Assembly: GCA_003228915.1 (NCBI GenBank)
Contig: QIGL01000003.1
Span: 4,998 to 68,997 of the forward strand
Length of the DNA stretch: 64,000 nucleotides
Origin: Acidiferrobacteraceae bacterium
GTDB taxonomy: Bacteria; Pseudomonadota; Gammaproteobacteria; Acidiferrobacterales; SZUA-150
Reading direction: 5' to 3'
The position numbers were made by a program, and so were the translations under genes. A model generated the notes under the pieces. That model had not been told where the DNA came from. It saw nothing but the letters and a program-made list of their open reading frames with translations, and ran no database searches. Positions 41,554 to 49,963 of the stretch are shown here, piece by piece (the first letter of the stretch is position 1; each line of letters starts with the position of its first letter).

Positions 41554-43869
41554 GTGGCTCAGGCGACTAGAAAAAAAGGCATTCAAACTCCACTGGCTCC
41601 GCGCCTGATAATCCTGCTTCGTGAGGCAGCCCTGTATGTGTTTGGGGCCATTGCCTTGTATTTGCTGTTATCACTCTGGACCTATACGCCGACTGACCTG
41701 GCATGGCCGCACCTGGGTGCGGCACGGCCCGTGAGCAATATTGGCGGCCCTTTTGGTGCCTGGCTGGCTGATATATTACTCAATATCCTGGGATATTTGG
41801 CTTACTTGATACCTGTCATGGTTGCCTATGGCGGTATGAAAATTTTTTTACATCGCCATGATCCCACCCATCCTGATATTCGACATAAACTGATAACCGG
41901 CGCCGGCGGTGTAATGGTCATAATAGGGAGTTGCGGCCTGGCCACGCTGCATTTTTCCTTTGCCGATTCCAGCCTGCCGTTTACCAGTGGTGGCGTGATT
42001 GGCGATATCACAGGCTCGGGCCTGGTCGCAGTTTTCAGTTTTGTTGGCGCCACTATATTTTTATTGGCCATATTCCTGGCCGGTGTCACTTTATTTACCG
42101 GCTTGTCATGGCTGCGGTTAATGGATGGTATTGGCTGGTCGATACTGGAAGGGTCAACCCAGGCAAAAGTCCTTACCCATAAAATACGTGACTACATTAT
42201 TGGCATGCAGGCGAAAAAAGAGCGCCATGAAACTGTTGCTGTCGAAAAAGAAAAATTATTCAAGCGCCCGGCACCCCGCATAGAACCAAAGATTCAGCAA
42301 ATAAAACAAAGCGCCCGCAGCGAACGGGAAAAGCAGGTGCCATTATTCGAGGTGCCCAGTGGTGGTGAGTTGCCCTCGCTCAATTTATTAGACGATCCAG
42401 AGTCCTCTAATAAACCCGTATTTTCCCGACACGGACTGGAAACCATGTCCAGGATGGTAGAAAAAAAGTTGCTGGATTTTAATCTCGAGGTACAAGTAGT
42501 CGCGGTTCATCCGGGGCCGGTCATCACCCGGTTTGAAATAGAGACCGCAGCGGGTATTAAGGCATCCCAGATAACAAATCTTGCCAATGATCTTGCCCGG
42601 TCCTTGTCTGTGATTAGTTTGCGCGTGGTTGAAAATATTCCCGGTAAAACAACTATCGGCCTGGAAGTACCCAATGAAACCCGGGAAGTGGTCAAGCTGA
42701 AAGAAATATTATCTTCGCAGGAATACGATAGTGTCCGCTCACCATTGGCATTGGCGATGGGTAAAGATATCAGCGGTCAGCCAGTGGTTGATGATTTGGC
42801 CAAGATGCCACACATGTTGATTGCCGGTACCACGGGCTCCGGCAAATCTGTTTGCGTCAATGCTTTAATTTTAAGCATGATTTACAAATCCACCCCTGAC
42901 CAGGTTCGCCTCATTATGGTGGATCCTAAAATGCTGGAACTGGCCATGTACGAAGGCATACCGCATTTATTAACACCGGTAGTCACAGACATGAAACAGG
43001 CGGCCAATGCGTTGCGCTGGTGCATTTTCGAAATGGAGCGCCGTTATCGTTTAATGGCCGCCATGGGAGTCAGAAATATTGGCGGTTATAACCGTAAAGT
43101 TAAAGAAGCTAAGGAAAAAGGTGAGCCACTACGCGATCCATTATTTGTCGCCACTGAAGGAGAGGAAGGGGAAGAAGCACCAGAACTGGTCCACTTGCCT
43201 TACATCGTAATATTAATAGATGAGCTGGCCGACTTGATGATGGTGGTCGGCAAAAAAGTTGAACAACTCATTGCCAGGCTGGCACAAAAGGCGCGGGCAG
43301 CGGGACTACACTTAATACTTGCCACTCAAAGACCGTCAGTAGACGTGATAACCGGCCTCATAAAAGCAAATATTCCGGCACGTATTGCCTTCCAGGTATC
43401 CTCGCGGGTTGATTCACGAACCATTATTGATCAAATGGGCGCAGAACAATTACTGGGCCATGGCGACATGTTATTTTTACTGCCAGGTCAGGGTATTCCA
43501 ACCCGTATTCACGGCAGTTTTGTCGATGATCATGAAGTCCAGAAAGTTGTCCAGGCACTAAAGAGTAGTGGGCCACCTATATATAATGAGGATATCCTGG
43601 CCGGTAACCAGCAGGATGGCGCTACTGGCAGCGCTATTTCTGGCGGCATGAATGACGATGATGCCGAGTCAGACCCGCTTTACGATGAGGCGCTGGCAAT
43701 CGTGACTGAAACCAGGCGGGCATCAATTTCCGGTGTCCAGCGACGCCTGCGTATTGGTTATAACCGTGCCGCAAGACTGGTTGAGCAAATGGAAAAAGCA
43801 GGCGTGGTTGGCCCACTGCAGTCCAATGGTAGTCGTGAAGTTTTGGCGCCCCCACCCCCAGGCAGGTAA
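41554..43869 (+). CDS. ftsK: DNA translocase FtsK
   Basis: 771 aa with a GTG start and N-terminal TM helices. The motor domain has '[10 protein letters not shown]' and 'IDELADLMM'. The C-terminal gamma domain is a winged helix ('[23 protein letters not shown]'). Confidence 0.96.
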   Translation: MAQATRKKGIQTPLAPRLIILLREAALYVFGAIALYLLLSLWTYTPTDLAWPHLGAARPVSNIGGPFGAWLADILLNILGYLAYLIPVMVAYGGMKIFLHRHDPTHPDIRHKLITGAGGVMVIIGSCGLATLHFSFADSSLPFTSGGVIGDITGSGLVAVFSFVGATIFLLAIFLAGVTLFTGLSWLRLMDGIGWSILEGSTQAKVLTHKIRDYIIGMQAKKERHETVAVEKEKLFKRPAPRIEPKIQQIKQSARSEREKQVPLFEVPSGGELPSLNLLDDPESSNKPVFSRHGLETMSRMVEKKLLDFNLEVQVVAVHPGPVITRFEIETAAGIKASQITNLANDLARSLSVISLRVVENIPGKTTIGLEVPNETREVVKLKEILSSQEYDSVRSPLALAMGKDISGQPVVDDLAKMPHMLIAGTTGSGKSVCVNALILSMIYKSTPDQVRLIMVDPKMLELAMYEGIPHLLTPVVTDMKQAANALRWCIFEMERRYRLMAAMGVRNIGGYNRKVKEAKEKGEPLRDPLFVATEGEEGEEAPELVHLPYIVILIDELADLMMVVGKKVEQLIARLAQKARAAGLHLILATQRPSVDVITGLIKANIPARIAFQVSSRVDSRTIIDQMGAEQLLGHGDMLFLLPGQGIPTRIHGSFVDDHEVQKVVQALKSSGPPIYNEDILAGNQQDGATGSAISGGMNDDDAESDPLYDEALAIVTETRRASISGVQRRLRIGYNRAARLVEQMEKAGVVGPLQSNGSREVLAPPPPGR

Positions 43870-43878
43870 GTAGATTTC

Positions 43879-44526
43879 ATGTTAAGAAAATTCGGGCTCA
43901 TTGTATCGACTATTGCGTTATTTACTGTCTATGCATCTGTCGCCGGAGCAGGCCAAACTTCTGTTGGTTCGTCTACTCGTTTACTGGAACGATTTTTTAA
44001 CAATGTTCGCACCTACCAGGCCGATTTTAATCAGGTAGTGATGGATGCAGAAGGGAATACTATCCAGGAATCATCGGGTCGTTTCTGGATCAAAAGACCC
44101 GGGAAATTCAGGTGGGATTATAAAAAACCTTTTACACAACAAATTATTGGTGACGGCAAAAAAGTATGGATCTATGACCCGGAACTAAGGCAAGTGACGG
44201 TTAAGGACTACCGGGGCAACGTTAGGCAAACGCCGGCGTTGTTATTGGCTGGCAATCAAAAATTGACAAATAACTTTATTATTAAAAATCTTGGAACTAA
44301 AAAAAATATTACCTGGCTAAGTTTAAAGTCTAAAGGAGAACAGGAAAATTTTAGTGTTATTAAAATAGGCTTTAAAAATAAAAAGTTACTGGTATTGGAG
44401 TTAGTTGACAGTTTTGGTCAAACTACCCGAATAAATCTGAAAAAAGCAAAAGAGAATATATCGCTCAAAAAAAGTATTTTTAAATTCACACCACCCAAAG
44501 GCGTCGATGTAGTAGGCCAGCAATGA
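43879..44526 (+). CDS. lolA: Outer-membrane lipoprotein carrier protein
   Basis: 215 aa with a signal peptide and an 'F.Q.......G...ESSG.FWIKRPGKFRW.Y..P..Q.I..DGK..W.YDP.L.Q' pattern. Confidence 0.9.
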   Translation: MLRKFGLIVSTIALFTVYASVAGAGQTSVGSSTRLLERFFNNVRTYQADFNQVVMDAEGNTIQESSGRFWIKRPGKFRWDYKKPFTQQIIGDGKKVWIYDPELRQVTVKDYRGNVRQTPALLLAGNQKLTNNFIIKNLGTKKNITWLSLKSKGEQENFSVIKIGFKNKKLLVLELVDSFGQTTRINLKKAKENISLKKSIFKFTPPKGVDVVGQQ

Positions 44527-45860
44527 CAGGACTGGGCGAATTAGATACTGGTGATATGTTTTCTGAGCCAGGTAACATTAACGATCACCCGCTCGCCGAC
44601 CGTATGAGGCCTGAAAAAATTGATGATTTTTTTGGCCAGGATCATTTGCTGGCAAAAGAAAAACCGCTCTACAAGCTCATAACAGATAACCACCTGCACT
44701 CAATGATTTTTTGGGGGCCACCGGGCACCGGAAAAACAACACTGGCACGGTTAATCTCCAAAAACGTTCAGGCAAAATTTATTAAATTGTCTGCGGTGAT
44801 GGCGGGCGTCAAAGAAATCAGGGAAGCGGTCGCCCAGGCGAAACAGTTCCAGGCAGGTGGGAGCAAAACCATTGTCTTCGTCGATGAAGTCCATCGATTC
44901 AACAAGGCGCAGCAGGATGGTTTTTTACCATTCATTGAGGATGGCACTTTCTTTTTTATAGGGGCAACGACCGAGAACCCATCTTTTGAGCTCAATAATG
45001 CCTTGTTATCAAGGGCCAGGGTCTACGTTTTAAAAGTACTGGACGAACAGGCTATTACAAAAATTATCCAACACGCATTAACTGATAAGTCTCGCGGTCT
45101 TGGCGGGCTTGCAATTAAAATCACAGATGATGCCAGGGATCGGCTCGTCACTGCCGCAGATGGTGATGCCAGGCGGGCGCTCAACTTTCTCGAAATGGCA
45201 TCTGACTTAAGTGAAGAAATAATCACTATAGAGATAATAAACAATATTGTCAGTGATGGCGTCAGGCGCTTTGATAAAGGCGGCGAGGCCTTTTATGACC
45301 AAATATCGGCACTCCATAAGTCAGTGCGTGGGTCTGACCCCGATGCGGCCCTGTACTGGTTTGTACGCATGATTGATGGTGGCTGCGATCCCTTGTACAT
45401 CGCCAGGCGGGTAGTGCGCATGGCCAGTGAGGATATCGGCAATGCCGATATCCATGCCCTGAATATTGCCCTGCGAGCATGGGACGTACAGGAACGACTG
45501 GGTAGTCCCGAGGGTGAACTGGCGATTGCCCAGGCCGTAATTTACCTGGCATGCTCGCCCAAGAGTAACGCGGTCTATAAAGCGTACAAAGCAGCGTTGT
45601 CAGATGTGAAATCTACTGGCTCATTAGAAGTGCCATACCACCTGCGAAATGCGCCGACAAAACTCATGAAAGAATTGGATTATGGAAAAAATTACCGTTA
45701 TGCTCATGACGAGCAAAATGCTTATGCTGCCGGCGAAAGTTACCTGCCAGAAGGTAAATCGCCAATTAATTATTACCAGCCTGTAGGTCGGGGACTGGAA
45801 ACCAAAATTGCAGCACACCTGGAAAAATTACGCGAGCTTGATAAAAAAAGAAATACATAG
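44523..45860 (+). CDS. rarA: Replication-associated recombination protein A (AAA+ ATPase)
   Basis: 445 aa with 'GPPGTGKTTLA', 'VDEVHRFNK' and a MgsA C-terminal domain ('ISALHKS.RGSD.DAALYW'). Confidence 0.95.
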   Translation: MTGLGELDTGDMFSEPGNINDHPLADRMRPEKIDDFFGQDHLLAKEKPLYKLITDNHLHSMIFWGPPGTGKTTLARLISKNVQAKFIKLSAVMAGVKEIREAVAQAKQFQAGGSKTIVFVDEVHRFNKAQQDGFLPFIEDGTFFFIGATTENPSFELNNALLSRARVYVLKVLDEQAITKIIQHALTDKSRGLGGLAIKITDDARDRLVTAADGDARRALNFLEMASDLSEEIITIEIINNIVSDGVRRFDKGGEAFYDQISALHKSVRGSDPDAALYWFVRMIDGGCDPLYIARRVVRMASEDIGNADIHALNIALRAWDVQERLGSPEGELAIAQAVIYLACSPKSNAVYKAYKAALSDVKSTGSLEVPYHLRNAPTKLMKELDYGKNYRYAHDEQNAYAAGESYLPEGKSPINYYQPVGRGLETKIAAHLEKLRELDKKRNT

Positions 45861-45926
45861 CGATGGAATTACAGCTTAATTGTAAATACCCTGGCATGGA
45901 TCTTCTCATATGAATCTATCATTGGC

Positions 45927-46301
45927 ATGAATCAATTCCTGGCGATCGCAGCGGGCGGGGCAATCGGTTCTGTGCTTCGCTACTGGGTGTCGATTAATAC
46001 CCATGCAATATTTGGCCGTGACTTTCCTTACGGGACACTGACCGTTAACGTTATCGGGTCATTGCTAATGGGGTTTTTATTCGTGCTTTTTGTCGAGCGC
46101 TGGGAAATTGAAACAGTAATTCGGAGTGCAATATTAATTGGATTGCTGGGGGCGTTTACGACCTTTTCCACGTTTTCAATTGAGACACTCAACCTCGTTG
46201 AAGATGGATCCTACACCAAGGCCCTGGTTAATATATTGGTAAGTGTTTCTGCCAGCCTGGTTGCTGCCTGGCTCGGTATTATTATTGGGAGACAAATATG
46301 A
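45927..46301 (+). CDS. crcB: Fluoride channel CrcB/FluC
   Basis: 124 aa with four TM helices. It has 'GG.IGS.LRY' and 'G..G.FTTFSTF' motifs. Confidence 0.92.
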   Translation: MNQFLAIAAGGAIGSVLRYWVSINTHAIFGRDFPYGTLTVNVIGSLLMGFLFVLFVERWEIETVIRSAILIGLLGAFTTFSTFSIETLNLVEDGSYTKALVNILVSVSASLVAAWLGIIIGRQI

Positions 46302-46603
46302 ATACTGAACAAGTGATGATGGCCAGAATCTATTTAACTGAAGGCGAAAAACAATTAAACAACTTAATCAAAAAATTGCGTGACTGGGATAAAATAAGAG
46401 GTGTGACCGTGTTTCGGGGTATTGCCGGTTATGGTGATTCGGGTGTATTACACGGCGTCGGCGTAATTGATTTGTCTCTGGACTTGCCTATTGTAATTGA
46501 ATTTTTTGATGCACCTGAAAAGGTAGAGATTATTGTTGAGCAACTGGGCGAGACAATAAAACCGGGTCATATGGTGACATGGTTGGCCAATATTAATATA
46601 TAA
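46298..46603 (+). CDS. DUF190 (PII-like fold) protein, a frequent crcB partner
   Basis: 101 aa with 'ARIYL.E.......L...L.......G.TVFRG..GYG'. It overlaps crcB by 4 nt. Confidence 0.8.
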   Translation: MNTEQVMMARIYLTEGEKQLNNLIKKLRDWDKIRGVTVFRGIAGYGDSGVLHGVGVIDLSLDLPIVIEFFDAPEKVEIIVEQLGETIKPGHMVTWLANINI

Positions 46604-46652
46604 GTGATAAAGAACAAAAATAGATACTCTTAAGGAATTTAAAGGTTAACGT

Positions 46653-47936
46653 ATGCTGGAACAACGATATTTTAGAGATGATATAAAACTGGCGGCAGAT
46701 TTACTCAAGAAACGCGGCTATACACTCGATACGGCGCGCATCAATAAACTGGAGTCAACACGAAAATCTATTCAGGTTGAAACACAGGATCTCCAAAGTC
46801 AGCGCAATAAAAAATCAAAACTCATTGGCCAGGAAAAATCAAAAGGCAATAATGCAACTGAGTTATTGGCCGAAGTCAGCAGTCTTGGTCAGGCGCTTAA
46901 GGAAAAAGAAACGCAACTATCTGATATTTTAAATCAGCTACGAACGTTAAGCCTGAACGTGCCTAATATTCCCCATGACAGCGTGCCGGCAGGCAAAGAT
47001 GAAAATGACAATCAGGAAATAAAAAAATGGGGTCAACCAAAAAAGTATAGTTTTGATGTGCTCGACCATGTTGATATTGGCGCACAGTTGGGCATGCTCG
47101 ATTTTGAAGTTGCGGCAAAAATTGCCGGCTCACGTTTTTCTCACATGTCCGGCCAGCTCGCGCGCCTGCACCGCGTCTTGACCCAATTTATGCTGGATAC
47201 ACATACGAGTGAGCATGGCTACAAAGAAGTGTACGTGCCTTATATTGTTAACGAAAAAAGCCTGGAGGGGACGGGGCAGTTGCCCAAGTTTGAACAGGAT
47301 TTATTTAAACTGAATACAGAGCAAGAATATTATTTAATCCCGACTGCCGAAGTGCCCGTCACCAATCTTGTGCGAGACACGATACTGAATGGCCACGAGG
47401 TACCGCTTAAGTTTACGGCCCACACCCCCTGTTTCAGGAGTGAAGCCGGTTCCTACGGAAAAGATACCCGTGGCATGATCAGGCAACACCAGTTTGAAAA
47501 AGTTGAATTAGTGCAAATAGTCGAACCCGGTAAATCCTATGATGCACTGGAAGAACTAACCGGCCATGCCGAAACAATATTGCAAAAACTTGAGTTACCC
47601 TATCGCGTAGTGAGTTTATGTACCGGGGATTTGGGATTTTCTGCAGCCAAGACCTATGACCTGGAGGCCTGGTTACCGGCACAAAAAACATACCGGGAAA
47701 TATCGTCTTGCAGTAATTTCGAATCATTCCAGGCAAGAAGATTACAGGCAAGATGGCGACCCACTGAAAAAGGTAAGCCGGAACTGGTGCATACTGTGAA
47801 CGGTTCAGGACTGGCCGTTGGCAGGGCTTTGGTAGCGATCATGGAAAATTATCAACAGGAGAGCGGGGCAGTCGCGATACCAACTATTTTGCAACCCTAC
47901 ATGGGTGGCCAGAAATTAATAGAGCCCGAAGTGTAG
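46653..47936 (+). CDS. serS: Seryl-tRNA synthetase
   Basis: 427 aa with an N-terminal coiled-coil arm and class-II motifs ('YLIPTAEVP', 'FRSEAGS.GKDTRG..R.HQF.KVE', 'NGSGLAVGR'). Confidence 0.97.
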   Translation: MLEQRYFRDDIKLAADLLKKRGYTLDTARINKLESTRKSIQVETQDLQSQRNKKSKLIGQEKSKGNNATELLAEVSSLGQALKEKETQLSDILNQLRTLSLNVPNIPHDSVPAGKDENDNQEIKKWGQPKKYSFDVLDHVDIGAQLGMLDFEVAAKIAGSRFSHMSGQLARLHRVLTQFMLDTHTSEHGYKEVYVPYIVNEKSLEGTGQLPKFEQDLFKLNTEQEYYLIPTAEVPVTNLVRDTILNGHEVPLKFTAHTPCFRSEAGSYGKDTRGMIRQHQFEKVELVQIVEPGKSYDALEELTGHAETILQKLELPYRVVSLCTGDLGFSAAKTYDLEAWLPAQKTYREISSCSNFESFQARRLQARWRPTEKGKPELVHTVNGSGLAVGRALVAIMENYQQESGAVAIPTILQPYMGGQKLIEPEV

Positions 47937-47966
47937 GGTGGGCATTGCCCACCATCCCGTCATTCC
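47937..47966. repeat. REP-like palindromic element (GGTGGGCA-T-TGCCCACC followed by CGTCATTCC)
   Basis: A 17-nt perfect palindrome at 47937-47953 abuts the serS stop. The same two-part motif recurs at 54276-54335. Confidence 0.7.
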
Positions 47967-48072
47967 TGAAACCTTAATCCAGTAAATCTTGTTAATCCTG
48001 TCTCTAAGTAATTTATTTTTTTAGAAGTAGTGACGGTGAGTTTTCTCTGTCCTGCATGAGCGCTTAGTTTTT

Positions 48073-48255
48073 TTAAACAAGTGAAATCAGGAATACTACA
48101 AAAAGTACCACAAGTAAAATCGGAAAAAGGACGCCGATCCAGTCCTGGGCACTGCCCTTGGGGCTATTGGCGAGCATGTGTTTTGCCCGCGGCAAGATGA
48201 CAACAAACATAGTTGCGAGTAATACGGCGCCGCCAATTTTAAACCATAAATCCAT
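48073..48255 (-). CDS. Small two-TM membrane protein (unknown function)
   Basis: 60 aa with two clear hydrophobic helices separated by a basic loop. It lies downstream of the yccA terminator. No family is recognised. Confidence 0.45.
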   Translation of the reverse strand: MDLWFKIGGAVLLATMFVVILPRAKHMLANSPKGSAQDWIGVLFPILLVVLFVVFLISLV

Positions 48256-48269
48256 ATATTATTTTTCCA

Positions 48270-48295
48270 AAAAGAAAACCCCGGATAAACCGGGG
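48270..48295 (-). terminator. Rho-independent terminator after the yccA-like gene (palindromic, potentially bidirectional)
   Basis: The stem is CCCCGG/CCGGGG (48279-48295). On the minus strand it is followed by TTTTCTTTT, and on the plus strand by CTTTTT. Confidence 0.7.
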
Positions 48296-48320
48296 CTTTT
48301 TGTATCTGGCTTAAACTTGT

Positions 48321-48992
48321 TTAATCATCTCCACCAAAAATTCCAAGAATCTGTAGCAGACTGACAAATATATTGTAAAGGCTGAGGTATAAACCAATGG
48401 TTGCCATTATATAGTTAGTTTCACCACCATGAATAATGCGACTGGTATCATAGAGAATGAAACCGCTCATAATCAAAATGATGGCCGAAGAAATGGTGAG
48501 CGAAAGTGCAGGAATCTGAAAAAAGATATTAGCGATAGCCGCAACCAGGATCACCAGGAATCCAGCCATCAGAAAACCGCCCATGAAGCTGAAATCTTTT
48601 TTAGTGGTTAGTACATAGGCAGACAAGCCGACGAAAATTACACCGGTGCCACCCAGGGCCAGGGTAATAACTTGTGAACCGTTAGCCAGGGCAGTGTAGT
48701 AATTTAACAGCGGGCCAAGCCCGAGCCCAAGCAAACCAGTAATAACAAAAACCACTGCGATACCGGCACCAGAATTCGCGACTCGTGGCAGCACCAGCCA
48801 GATAAGCGCGAATGCGCCAATAACGCTGCCAAAGTAGACGGCGAAGGGAAGCTGCATGGCCATTGAAAGACCCGCCGTGAGACCGCTAAACAGTAGCGTC
48901 ATGGAAAGCAGCATGTAGGTGTTTCTCAGGACCTTGTTGGTCGCAAGCGCAGATGACTGTCCGCGGTCGACAATGACTGGATTCTCGATCAT
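48321..48992 (-). CDS. yccA: Bax-inhibitor-1/YccA-family membrane protein
   Basis: 223 aa with seven hydrophobic segments. It has an N-terminal 'NKVLRNTYMLLSMTLL' and a C-terminal 'YLSLYNIFVSLLQILG' pattern. Confidence 0.9.
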   Translation of the reverse strand: MIENPVIVDRGQSSALATNKVLRNTYMLLSMTLLFSGLTAGLSMAMQLPFAVYFGSVIGAFALIWLVLPRVANSGAGIAVVFVITGLLGLGLGPLLNYYTALANGSQVITLALGGTGVIFVGLSAYVLTTKKDFSFMGGFLMAGFLVILVAAIANIFFQIPALSLTISSAIILIMSGFILYDTSRIIHGGETNYIMATIGLYLSLYNIFVSLLQILGIFGGDD

Positions 48993-49433
48993 TTTTTCAT
49001 CCTCAAGTTACTAAATATAGGTTATTTGAGCCGTAGCATACGGGAATGTTCCCCCTTAAATCAACCTGAAGACTGACAGAAATCAGGTAGAACTCAAACA
49101 GCATAAACCCGTAAATCAGGCTGGTAATCAGCAGATTCATTGGGTATTCTTCGGCTCGCTGCAAACGGGCCAATTATCGCGTTATGCGACTCATATGGAG
49201 GCTAAAAATGCCAATTTCAAGCAATTTTAGAGTCCAGGCACCGTCTTCGGGCGAAACTAAAGTAAAACCCGGAATCCAGTAAAGCGGCGTAATAATACTG
49301 AGGTAAGTAAGTGAATTAGAATTTTAAAGAATAAAATAAGTTTTATCTGGAGAGGTGGTCGCCAAGCAGCGGTGATTGTTACAAATTGGAGTAAATAAAA
49401 AATAGAAAATAATTAAGCAAAATATTGATTACA

Positions 49434-49523
49434 GGAGAGGTGGCAGAGTGGTCGAATGCGGCGGTCTTGAAAACCGTTGAGGGTTTATCCCCTCCCAGGG
49501 TTCGAATCCCTGCCTCTCCGCCA
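49434..49523 (+). tRNA. tRNA-Ser (anticodon UGA), type II with a long variable arm, CCA encoded
   Basis: The acceptor stem is GGAGAGG/CCTCTCC. The anticodon stem-loop is GCGGT-CTTGAAA-ACCGT, the variable arm is GAGGG...CCCTC, and the T-arm is CAGGG-TTCGAAT-CCCTG. The 3' end is G-CCA. Confidence 0.95.
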
Positions 49524-49530
49524 TTAATAT

Positions 49531-49555
49531 AAAAAGGGGCTTTGCGCCCCTTTTT
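49531..49555 (+). terminator. Palindromic terminator hairpin after tRNA-Ser
   Basis: The sequence is AAAAAGGGGC-tttgc-GCCCCTTTTT, with a 5-bp GC stem and A/T arms on both sides. Confidence 0.75.
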
Positions 49556-49556
49556 A

Positions 49557-49939
49557 TATTTATTGTCTGTGATGTGGCTTCGAACCACACACCGGGTGAG
49601 AATCTGCCACACAGGATGTGCAAATGCCGTGGAGCACATGGAAGTGCGGGAACGGCCCTATGGGCATGGCAAGGATTGTTCCAGACAATCCTTTTGCACT
49701 AGAACCGCCTTTGGCGTTTCATCAAGTACTTCCTGCGCTACGCTCCGGTCGCATTCCCACCCACTGTAGAATCCCTTCGGGCTTCATTCAGCATTTCCTC
49801 GCTTTGCTCAGGTCATCCCTGGTGGTCAGATGCCCAGGTGCCGCGAGCACAGGGACGACATACATGGACGTATAAGTGTCGCGGGAGACAGGAAGTCGGG
49901 AGCGACTGGCAGGAGCGGCCTGCCTCAATATTAGTAGGA
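49557..49939 (+). other. Unclassified GC-rich, hairpin-dense intergenic element (candidate structured ncRNA or insertion remnant)
   Basis: My hand count over 49561-49920 gives about 56% G+C, against AT-rich flanks. No credible ORF is present. There are several perfect stems (for example AAGGATTGT/ACAATCCTT at 49671-49693, and GGCAGG/CCTGCC). The element ends at a plus-strand terminator. Confidence 0.4.
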
Positions 49940-49961
49940 GGGGCCTTGCGCCCCTTTTTTT
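49940..49961 (+). terminator. Plus-strand rho-independent terminator (near-copy of the tRNA-Ser terminator)
   Basis: The hairpin GGGGC-cttgc-GCCCC (49940-49954) is followed by T7 (49955-49961). The T-run is present only in the plus orientation. Confidence 0.7.
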
Positions 49962-49963
49962 AA

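Noticed and set aside
45861-45926. A possible fluoride (crcB-motif) riboswitch upstream of crcB, suggested by 'GCGATGG...CCCTGGCATGGATC'.
   Set aside because: The highly conserved 'CUGAUGA' and 'AACxGCC' core elements are not present, and the resemblance is limited to a few bases. A covariance-model scan would settle it.
49573-49589. A perfect T-arm-like hairpin on the minus strand (TGTGG-TTCGAAG-CCACA), suggesting a tRNA or tRNA fragment.
   Set aside because: No matching 5' acceptor strand exists. The putative anticodon loop lacks U33, and no D-arm can be drawn. It is kept only as part of the unexplained element.
49557-49939. Identification of the GC-rich element as RNase P RNA, tmRNA or a cobalamin riboswitch.
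   Set aside because: 'GGAAGTCGGGAGC' resembles the RNase P CR-I box, but it sits at the 3' end and no CR-IV or CR-V follows on the same strand. There is no tmRNA tag-coding region and no acceptor pairing. The 'GGTGAGAATC' and '...GGAGCGGCCTGCC' boxes are only loosely B12-like, and no downstream plus-strand gene exists.
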